The translations under genes were made by a program, and so were the position numbers. DNA of 64,000 nucleotides from Phoronis australis (taxonomy: Eukaryota > Animalia > Phoronida), in assembly GCA_002633005.1 (NCBI GenBank), contig NMRA01000037.1:1071136-1135135 (forward strand). Reading direction: 5' to 3'. Of the stretch, positions 53,701 through 64,000 are shown in pieces (positions within the stretch are counted from its first letter, which is position 1; each line of letters opens with the position of its first letter). A model generated the notes under the pieces. The model saw nothing but the letters and a program-made list of their open reading frames with translations, ran no database searches and was not told the DNA's origin.

Positions 53701-56700
53701 CTCCTCCTGCTTGAGAGACCTGGGTTCAAATCCTGGCTTCACATTCGAGCATTGCACAAAGGTGTCTTCTACTCCTCTGAGCTCGGTCTTACTAGTAAAT
53801 GTGTGCGAGAGGGTGAATGAGAACCTGGATATAATGCAGAAGCGATTTCTGAGGCTGTGAACGCGTCTCAGTATGACTTATTGCTGATACGATGCTTCTG
53901 CTTTGTAGGCATGTTCTACCACATGACAGGTGCCATGATCAAAAGTATGAAGCTTCAGACCCAGAAAGGAACTAAGCTGAAGTTGCTCAAGACCATCACT
54001 GAACCCTTCACCAAGTTAGTGATTCAGGTAAAGTAATATCGTAATCTGTAATGGCTTGTGCTTTGTATGACGGCGTTGAAAGGTTCTCACGCGGGCTCCT
54101 TACTAATAACGGCCATGATTGTAGAGAAAGAAGCAATAATCCGCTGAAGATGTTTGACTGTTCTGAAGTCAATAGCATTGTTCATCAAATACCAACGCCA
54201 TGTTGTTGTTATATGGTGTATGACGTACATTCGAGAACATAGAACGTTTTTGCGTTTCAAATGGTTTCAATATCAACAAAATATGCATCACAAACACATC
54301 CTCTGCGCTCGCTGTGCTCGACGAAATTGGCCAGTATTTAAGCAAAGAAACTGCTTTGTTCACCACTTATAATAACTGTATAAAAATGATAACTTTATAT
54401 ATTTCTAGATCGACAAAAAGATTATTGTAAAGGTCGCTCAAGGAAATAAAGAGGCAGCCAAGGCAAGCATGATTAAGATTTGGTGCAAATACGACGAAAT
54501 AAAAAAGAACGTCACTCAGGTGAGTACTTCGGTTAGACCACACCTTGCCTTTGGCAGGGTAATCGAGACTATGAGATTAAATTTAATTTAGAATACGTGT
54601 ATCAAGTTGTAAAGTGATCGTTCGTGAAATCCCTGGAAGGTTAGGTTTATCCCTGCATCATTCGGCTGTTGATGACATATACATTAAAAAAAACTCTATA
54701 CAACTAGAGGTTTTGCTGTCTTGTCTTAAAAGCCACAAACACGTATCTAGTAAACGTTTTTACACGTTCTTATCAACTAGATATATCTGGATAATAGTTC
54801 TATCAAGCATTAAAGGGACATTAGAACGCTCTAGCGTTGAGCCAATTCTCATGCGTTCAACAGGAAGTAGTTCTCAGCGTGATTGAACCGTGGCAAAAAT
54901 ATCGTCCTCGTTGATTTCCGTGAGTGTCCGGCAGACAACCTCGAAATTGGCGACCTGTTATAAAATGACAAACACACAAGGAACTTGATTCTTTCGTAGC
55001 CCTTGCCTAAGCTGATATCGTCAAGGACAACAGTAATCCCAAAATTGGGCTTTTCGCCGCAAAAATTATTAAATGCCCCTTTAATTTATTTCCATAAGTC
55101 GTCACAATAGCACCCCAGACATACTCTGGTCATATAATGAAATAGGCGCCATGGTTATGCAGTCACAAAGTAGACAAATATTTGAAAATAGGTTTTATCC
55201 AACGCCCGGGGTGTGTATTACCTGTGACGCCTACAGCAAATTTGAGCAACACTGGGATAACACTAGGTGTATTAATTAAGTTCGAGCAATCTTCCATCGT
55301 CCACGTTATAGCTACGTTCCATTGGCGCAAAATCATGCACGTCTTCGCGAGATATCGCCATGCATTACAAACGAAGGACGTGACCAAACTATCTTTTCTC
55401 GCGATTGTCTTGGATCTACGGAATACAGTCCTGTTGCCATTTTATTGAACTTGAACGCAAGTTGTTACAAATGTGCTTCCTTTTATTTCCCTTTGCGTTG
55501 AGGTTTACGCCCGAATAAGTTGATGTGGAAAGAAATAGAGCCGGTGTTGAAATGATTGCCCACATTGTGGTTTTGTCTTTTAGGTTGTCTCAACTAACAG
55601 CACTATTGTTTCTGGAAACACGACTACAATATTGCCCATGAATGTTACAACCATTGTCGAAGTCACAGAAAAACATCCTGTGAAAAAGTGTAAGTGGTTC
55701 TGTTATTTCTTGGAAACTACCAAAGTGAGCTTGCTTGGGAGCCTCATTGGAAACGCATAAAGATAGTTGTCTGAAAGCAAGCATAGATTCGATAGGATGG
55801 AGAAATCAGCAGTCAGGGAACTCCGATAGACCCATGATTTAAATAAAAAAAAATCCAAAATATTTAATTAATGCTGAGTTTCTCGATGTAAATTAGTATA
55901 TTGGTTTAAATATCCTGTACTCTATGTTTATGACTCTGTTTATTATATATATGTATCTGGGCCGAAGGCCTAATTACGTGAAATAGACTTACATTTAGTC
56001 GTACGCTGCGACAATCAAAATTTCATAGACAAACGTTGAAATTTTATTCAGTCTAGTCTAGGACAACGAGAACTGAGAAGTCATTAAACATAAACACAGA
56101 CAATCTGACTCCTCAGGAAAGTTTGACACGACGTTACCAAAAAGAAATCCTCGAAAAAGATTGAATCCACATTATCGCGAAGACTGAAGCCACATTATCG
56201 CGAAGGACTATGTAATAGACATTTCGATTTTGACAGGTCAATTCCTATTTATGAACGTTGCCGAGTCTTGGGGAGATAATGCTATTGGGGCGGTGATCCT
56301 TGTGTTGGCTCTTGCTATCCTGTGTATCTGCCTCGTATGTATTGTCAAACTGCTCCACTCCCTGCTCAGAGGTCAAATTGCTGCCGCCGTAAAGAAGATA
56401 ATCAATGCCAACTTTCCAGGTAAGACAGCACCATCTGTTGCTAATTATTAACACATCAATTAATTCTAGTCGAGTAAAGTTAGTCAGTGAATAATCTGGA
56501 GGAACAAAATTTCTCAACAGCTGATCCTGTTGAGGTTTCTAGTTAAATGAAATCTCATTTTCCTATTTTCCAGGTAAGATCGCCTGGCTGACGGGATACC
56601 TGGCCATACTTCTCGGGGCGGGACTGACCATTCTCGTACAGAGCAGTTCCATCTTCACATCAGCACTAACACCGCTAGTAGGAGCCAGCGTTCTTCACAT

Positions 56701-57283
56701 TGACCGCATGTACCCTCTGACGCTGGGTGCCAACATTGGAACCACGGCCACCTCAATCCTGGCGTCTTTAGCCGCTGATTCTGAACAACTGGGAGTGTCG
56801 CTTCAGGTCGCCTTGTGCCATTTGTTCTTCAACATATTTGGTATACTCATCTGGTACCCAATTCCAATCCTACGCCGCGTACCCTTGAGCCTAGCCAAGA
56901 TTTTGGGGAACACCACTGCCAAGTATCGTTGGTTTGCCTTCCTTTACTTGATCGTCATGTTCTTTCTTTTGCCAGCGTTCGTGTTCGGTCTCTCTGTTGC
57001 CGGATTTATCGTACTGGGCGCTGTGGGGATTCCTATACTGCTTATTTTTATCGTAATTGCTGTCATTAATGCTATTCAGCGAAAACGACCTGGTTGCCTA
57101 CCGCGCAAGCTCAGAAACTGGAACTTTCTTCCGTTGTGGCTGCACTCCCTAAGGCCATTGGACAATTTGCTCTCCAAACTTACGTGCGGAGGATGTCGAT
57201 GCTGCCGATCGGAAACTTCCGATGATACACCAGTCGCCGATGTCTACAAGAAAGAAAACGTTTACTACTCCACTCGGGTATAA
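47723..57283 (+). CDS. SLC34A: Sodium-dependent phosphate cotransporter, SLC34/NaPi-II family (about 641 aa, 11 coding exons)
   Basis: Exons 47723-47764, 49897-49950, 51641-51773, 52366-52497, 52883-53026, 53311-53502, 53909-54027, 54409-54519, 55584-55689, 56237-56419, 56574-57283 sum to 1926 nt in frame. Two QSSS motifs, two GANIGT motifs, [14 protein letters not shown]-glycosylated extracellular loop, Cys-rich tail and PDZ ligand STRV. The first two exons are less certain, and an in-frame upstream ATG exists at 47582. Confidence 0.95.
48097..48268 (-). mobile_element. Partial copy of the same Harbinger-type MITE in an SLC34 intron
   Basis: Reverse complement matches about 8319-8480, including the TIR; the flank reads CACCAG on the minus strand. 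Confidence 0.65.
50874..51115. mobile_element. MITE, CAG-type TIR, probable 5-bp TSD
   Basis: CAGAGGCAGATCTACG.. / ..CGTGGATGTGCCAGTG; flanks AAAGT / AACGT. Confidence 0.65.
53669..53741 (+). mobile_element. tRNA-derived SINE head in an SLC34 intron
   Basis: A-box-like TGGCTGAGTG and B-box GGTTCAAATCC; no intact acceptor or anticodon stems. Confidence 0.55.
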
Positions 57284-60182
57284 TGTTTTGAACTCACTTC
57301 AAAAAGCATTTGGTATTTTTGTTGGAGTAATCAGATTCACGGCGAAACAATTCAAATTTAGCAAGGTATATTTGTCCATGAACTGGACAGATGTTTGTGT
57401 TCTGATAAGCTGATATGTCACTGACAAAGTGCAACTGAACAGAACATGTTGTCAACACTTAGATTTTGTGCATGCTTGTATCGTTATGCAGTTTTAGCTT
57501 CATGCTATGTATAATTTGGTCACGGCTTACCGATGAACAAAAGGCGTTTTTTGAAATTCTGCTTTCAGTTTGCTAATGCATTTTCTATTGCTAACGCTCC
57601 GAGCGATAATACAGATACAATATGACGTCAAAAGGTCGAAGACAATTTTAAATGGACAAGCAGTTATAATAGTGATCTGTATTCGTCATTTGCTGCTGAC
57701 TAGATTTTTTTTCTGATCGAAAGGGTGGAAAACTGGTAAGTAAGAATTAGACATTCGAGGAAAGTATGGTCACGCTTGACCACGCAAAATCTCGGGAAAA
57801 GAAAGGCGAGTATTTCGCGAGTTCGCTTGATACTATACGTTCGTGCACTAGCAAAATGGCAGCCCTCCGAAGTGATTGGTTGGAAAGGTTGAATTGTTAA
57901 ATTGCGCTATAGAATTCATTGTTTCCGACGAGAAAATGCAGTATTGGGTCGCACGTGTCTCGCGTATGTCTTGCATCTAAAAACGTTCCACATGCTTAAC
58001 TTGTTGACAGATGGCAGCACCTGCAATTTAACGAAAGGTCGTTATTTTGGATGGATGCGCTTTTGCATCACAGGCTTTGTGATCTTACACGTTTATAAAG
58101 GACAGAGAAGACCTGGCCAGTGCATCTAAACGTTAAAATATGCCTTTTGTGAAAATGATGTAAATATGTTTGGCGTCGACAGGTATCTGTTGGATTGAAC
58201 GCAAACCATGTACATATGTATATAGGAAACAGGTTTTTATTACTTTGTGAAGTATGTTGCTTTGGCATCATTTTTTCTTGTTGGTATGCTACAAATTCTT
58301 ATCGGATCAGCGTGAAATTGTCATGCAACATGTGCCATTTTTTTGGTTTAATTCAGAAGCAAAATGGCGCTGTGACAGCTATTTTTTCTTTTCGATTTGC
58401 GGAGCCATAACGCCGCTTTGTCGTTTATGGCCGGATTTTCTGACTTTTTTCTGTGTATAGACCATTCAAAAGGCTATCGCAAATATGCCTTTTGTTTTTA
58501 TTTAGGTTTTACCGTTCTCGAGTTATTCGAGATTTACTGCTTAGATGACTGTTCTTTTGTTGACTAGTTATTTATAGTTACTTTCATAGCATAACACATT
58601 TATGCTATAGTTCGGACGTTTCGTCCGATCGATGTAAGATGTACGTACGGTATTTATTCAGTCAATAGTCCGAGGACATTTGTTCTTGGGGGAATAGGAC
58701 GCAAGATGGCGCTGTGACGTTCATTTTTCGAATTTTGTTTGCTCTAGCTCATTGGAGTAATAAGCGTCGACTTCATGGTTGTTTATGTTCGATTTCACCA
58801 AGTGTCGCTCGTCAGAGCGCTTTCTTTTTAACTTAACACTGAGTAATTCGTTATCCGAAAGGAGCTATCTAGCCATCAATGTTGAATTCTTAACCGAAGC
58901 GCTTTGGGGTTTAACATCATTACCAGACTCATCTGATCTGATCTTTGATTGTGTCGAGTGAACCGAAAACTGAAGTCACAGACATTACGTACACGTTCCA
59001 TTTTCGAATTCGCAATTTTAAGATTGGTCAACCCAATAAACTTCTAAGAGTTTTCTTGAGTGGTCTATGATTTCGATGTTTTTGCTAATAAGGGAATTTT
59101 ATGAAACCGATTTTGTAGAATAAAATTCCTAATTTGTGCTCCCATTTTAGCCAGCTAAACATGACGAAATGCATCTTAAGCCATAAGATTTTAGTATTAT
59201 TTATTATTCAACATTCCTGTTCATAATGGTTATTATGTTCATGTATTATAAACTTAGTCTTTCATTCATTATCGTATGTCGCTGTGTATAGCAATGCTTG
59301 GGTGATGTAAATTACTCGTGGAACACCTAGGACATAATGTGCGTTACTTTGTTTTAACTTTTTGGCGCTTTTTGGTATACTGTAAAGAGGGCGCTGTCTT
59401 TGTTACGACCGGAAAACGTATTTTGTGATTATTGTTAGGCAGGGCGGTCTTCCTGAAGTTATTATAGCCTTGAACAGTGTGTTTTGGGATTTTATTACAT
59501 GGCGTACATTCTTGCCATTGCCTGCAGGTTCGATGCCGCGCTTAGGCTGATCTCAGCCAATCAAATTTCTCGCCTGTAATGCCTACTTTACGGAGCCGCG
59601 TATGTACAGAAAAGTACTTTTTAACTGTAGGATTTGTAGAATACACACGATAACTAATGATCTACAGGGTCATTTTCAGTGGTGCATATCCAAGTGTAAC
59701 TTGCCTTAGAAATGTCAAGGCATTCATTGTAATAAAATTTTAAACTTCAACATGCGTTTTTAGTCGTCTATATTTCCGATTACTCCTTTCAACTTGTGCA
59801 CGTTCTTGTCACATGTCGCTACACCCTAAACGTGCAATTCAAAACACACGCTTCATCTACATCGCTATAACTCAACCGTGTCAAGCGAGCCCTTTCATGT
59901 CCTTGTGTTTGTGATAACGGCAGCTGGTAGTGATAACATCAATCAGTTGATTTTTGACAGTTGGCCTATTAACCCAAGTCAATGCATAAAGGGTTGAGGG
60001 TCCGGGGAAATGTGTAACTGAGACTTTTTAAAAACCTTTCCAAATACGATACCACTTTCACATACCCTTCTCCCGGTCGCCACTGCAAGCCATTTTTAGA
60101 TCTTACGCATACCGGTATATTTTCCTTGAGTTCGAAAACTAATTGTCTACCTTTGCAGCATCCCAGATCTGCCAGTGAGCTG

Positions 60183-60407
60183 CATGCGCGCATCCAGGGG
60201 GTGGGGGGGGGGGGNGGGGCAAAAAGGTCCACCTGTGAGAAACAAAGGGTCCGAAAAAAATAAGACAAAAGTCCACTAAATAATCCAAATGCGAAATTCA
60301 CAGTGGCGCTCCCGTTTTTTTTTGTCCGCCGGCTATTTTGTTACCAAAAGGGGTCCACAACACTAGGAATTCGAGCCCCCCCATATTGAAGGCTGGTTGC
60401 GCGCATG
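60183..60407. mobile_element. MITE with CATGCGCGCA TIR and perfect 5-bp TSD
   Basis: CATGCGCGCATCCAG.. / ..CTGGTTGCGCGCATG; AGCTG on both sides; internal AAAAGGTCCAC motifs shared with the copy at 63010. Confidence 0.8.
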
Positions 60408-63009
60408 AGCTGTGACGTAAAACTAGGGCTGACTGTCGGGCCCCCGTCGTGAACGAGAATGCTTGTCCAACTTTCTAAAAACTGTCGCTGCAGCGATTCT
60501 CTAAGGGCGAGCGCAGACGAAAATTACGCGCATCGAATAAAATTTACCTCAGCTCACAGTTGATGTGTGCAGCCAGTAGAACTATGAGAATTTTGTCTCG
60601 CGAGTCGATGAGGCAAATGCTGCGTTTGTCGCAGTTCATTTACCACGGTAGAGTTTCGAAGACGCAACAATCTCGCTATGGAACCTAGTGTGATCGCTGG
60701 TTTAGTGCCAATGAAAATCAAATGTTGCTGCATCAGACAACAACAAGATTATCAAGGTGGCGCTTTGTGATCGTGCGTTTTACATTTACGCTGGTGACTA
60801 CCAGTGAGAATTTTGCTCGTTGTAAGCACCAAACAAACCGCATCGAGCTATAGATCGCAACTGCTAGTCTTCGTCAGCGCTCGCCGCCCTGAATGACACT
60901 CCCAACTGACTACTCTTATCCGAACACTTTTGAGACTTTTCTGTAGATAAAATACTAGAATAAACAAAAAATGTGTTGTCGCTTGTATTTCCAACGAAAA
61001 TAGCATACCTTATTTCGCATAGCACTTGAAAATTTGAATCTAGACTTGTGTTTATTGAAAACAAGGTTATTTCCTAGAGTCAGTTGAGACAGGTGCCCAG
61101 TCCCGGCCAACCGGACAATCCGCCATTTTGAATACGTACTGCCTTTTGTTATATTTGATAAACACTGTCGAATTTAACCGAAAAATAGCAAAAAAATTGT
61201 TGATCATGAAAGTATTGTCAGTTTTCATTTACATTTTCCTGTCTATTGCTGTAAACTGAACAGTATTTTTTTATTAATTTTTAAATTTTCAATGTGATCG
61301 GGAGCCAAAGCCGCAGACAAATAAAATGAAGTTCTTTCCAAATTATCTAATCGAAACAATTGTCAAATGTAAAATTGTGTATTGTCATTAAAATGTAGTT
61401 ATGGTTTTGCGTTTTCACTTAAAGGTTACCGGGAGTGTCTTATCAGTAAACAAAGACAGACAGGGGCCAAATTTGCCGTTTTTTTATTTTATCGCCCTCT
61501 TCTTTCCTGAATAAAACCATTTGAATTCAATTGAGTCAAGCATGTCAGAACGTTAAAGAACGCTTTAACTTTGAAATAACGCGTTTGATTTTGAGCACGT
61601 CCAGAGATAACGCTTTCTGGGATTAACTCTAATTATTAATTGTTGTACATTATGTTTTTCGCACGTGTTTAAAAACGCGACAAACTTGAGATCGAAGAGG
61701 GAGTACCTGCTTCAAGTGTCCTGTTCGGTATTATCCGGATACGGATATTCTTTGTATAAAACTCACTTGGACTCCATAATAGTGGCCCCATGCATGAACC
61801 AGATATCCGACAACACTCCAAAGCAAGAAAATTGCCGGATAACATAGATTGCACAACTAGTACCGCCATCCATTGTTTAAAACTGAAACTATAATTTACA
61901 TGTCTGGAAACCTATTTTATACAATGTCCGTGTTTAGGCCATACGGTAAGTTTCAGTGAAACACTCTTTTGATAAACCACTTCAAAATAAATGGTACAAA
62001 GTACTACATCGTATATATTTATATGTAAATGGATTATTCCTTTCTGCTCTGTTTACTTACAAGTGTAAATTTAGTGGCCGCTTCGATTTGCCTGAATCCT
62101 ACTAGCAAACAGACACCCACAGTTCACGTAGATGCAAACTTCAACTGACCGTGAAGGTGTAAGACGTCTGAAGTCTATACTAATTTGAGCTTGTTTCCTA
62201 GTTGAATGACGTCACAGTACAAAAACACTGCCTTTCAACACTGGCGTAAAATTTTTTTTAATCAACACACTAGTCACGTTCAGGCCCCAGCTATAAAAGT
62301 TATACGCCGTATAGCATCAATGACGACGCAGTATCACGCGCCACGTTGTTATAGTTGAACAATGCACCTGGCGTCATGCAACAATCAAACTTATCCAGAT
62401 GGATAATACTCCACCACTTAATGTGCGCATTAATTCTAATTTGTAAAAACCTAAGATCACCTTATTACTCTCAGGTTATACTATGCGCATTTCCCTCAGT
62501 AGATTTCGACGTAACTGGTTGTTGCCTCACGTGGGTAATCATCGTTTTTCTTGATTTCACTGTGTAGCGACTAAGGCGGGCACGCCAGAGGGAAAACACA
62601 CTTTTTTTCGTTCAAACAAGGTTTACTGTAAAAGAATACAACGCTTTACAGTAATATATAAAACTTAAGACTTACAACAAATATGTGCGCAGGAACCAAA
62701 CATCTAACAGAAATGTTAAAAACTTACACCGATGTGGGATAACGCAGACATTTTAAAAATGCAACGAAAAATGCAAGCATAGCGCATCAGTGTTAATTTA
62801 CAAGTCACGTGTTCGTAACGACGATATTTATCAGTTACCACACTTAGGACTACACTCCTCCCCCAAGGTGACGGATTCCCTTGAAAATCACTGATATTCA
62901 ACGAGTAGGGCCAAATAACAAACCTAATTTTTTGTATCGGTCTGGTCAAGGTGGAAGACTTCATCTTGCTGACAGTACGAACATATTTTCGTTGTCTGGT
63001 TTCACGGAT

Positions 63010-63258
63010 CATGCGCGCACCCATGGGGGGTGCTCTCGGTAGGCTCGAATGAGCCCCCCATTTGGGGAAGTGGGTAAAAAGGTCTGCCTCAGAGAAACAA
63101 AATGTCCGAAAAAAAGTAGAAAACGAAACAAATGTCCACTAAAAAGGCAGGAACTACTAAAATTCGGCAAATGCACAATTCATAGCCTGCACGTACCCCG
63201 TGAAGCTTAGTAAAAGGTCCACATTCTCAAAAGCAATTTTAGGCTGGGTGCTCGCATG
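63010..63258. mobile_element. Second copy of the CATGCGCGCA MITE family
   Basis: CATGCGCGCACCCA.. / ..TGGGTGCTCGCATG; flanks CGGAT / CGTAT; internal similarity to 60183-60407. Confidence 0.75.
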
Positions 63259-64000
63259 CGTATACATGTCCCGTCAACCAACTGTTCCTGGGCAAGCAAT
63301 CATCTTTGATAAGAACCACGTCGCCGACTAGCGCACACACTTGGGGCAGTATTCTGGCTAAGGTTCCCCGTCGATTTTCTCAACTCCGGACGAATCCACC
63401 AGAGGTCCCAAAGGAGGCTTGACGCTGGCGAAACATTGCTCTTTCATCTCAAGTAAGTAATGACTCATAATTTTCTGCAGATTATACTCATATTGAATGA
63501 GTCATAACATACATCGATTCATTAAACTTTCGTTTAACATCGTAAAATCGTACATCTTATCCGATGTTTCGCCATCAATGTCAGCATATTCAAGGTCACA
63601 TATTATCGGGTATCACTCGGTGAAACCCTGGAAACCCGGAGTGACGGGTATAAAGACACTGGCAAAACAGACGGTGAAGTTTCATTCATTGACGAAAAAT
63701 AACGAAGTTTTGCTCAGAAAAAGTGATTAGTAATATCCAGAAACGAAACTTAGTCAAAAACACCCTTATCTACATGTATCCCATCTGTTTTACTGAATTT
63801 ATTTTTTTCAGCATAAACACTTTCAAAACTAGAGAACCCACGTGACAATCGCATGGTGTTGAACATTGAGTCGTTCGTCTGCCCGCAGTTCGTAATCGAA
63901 TGAAAATGAAGAACTTTTTGGACCTAGTCGTGTATTATGAATCAAAATTTCAGGCCCGTAAAACTGACGGAAAATGACAAACCGGCAGGAGCTTTGCACA

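Noticed and set aside
1-64000. CRISPR arrays, operons or other prokaryotic/phage systems
   Set aside because: No regularly spaced repeat-spacer arrays and low coding density; all genes have spliceosomal introns.

Overview
AT-rich eukaryotic (animal, probably invertebrate) genomic DNA with spliceosomal GT-AG introns; the species cannot be determined from this window. Most ORFs in the supplied track are spurious; the gene models below were reconstructed by hand from splice sites and frame continuity. Contents: (1) the first coding exon of an out-at-first (OAF) homologue on the minus strand, with the rest of the gene off the left edge; (2) a tandem pair of paralogous leaderless beta-trefoil genes (about 240 and 199 aa) whose core aligns by eye with FGF1-type/IL-1-type cytokine folds and shares their phase-1/phase-0 intron pattern, each preceded by an amphipathic N-terminal segment ending in a conserved QQW(W/F)DG motif; (3) a two-exon minus-strand gene (about 564 aa) with a Dapper/DACT-like N-terminal helix, many RxRxxS motifs and a C-terminal PDZ ligand; (4) a complete 11-exon SLC34 (NaPi-II) sodium-phosphate cotransporter (about 641 aa). 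Interspersed are Harbinger-type MITEs, MITEs with 5-bp target-site duplications, tRNA-derived SINE heads and a LINE 3' remnant. Two apparent tandem duplications each abut a single N and are probably uncollapsed haplotypes. No prokaryotic features, CRISPR arrays or rRNA were seen. Family assignments come from remembered motifs, not from database searches.
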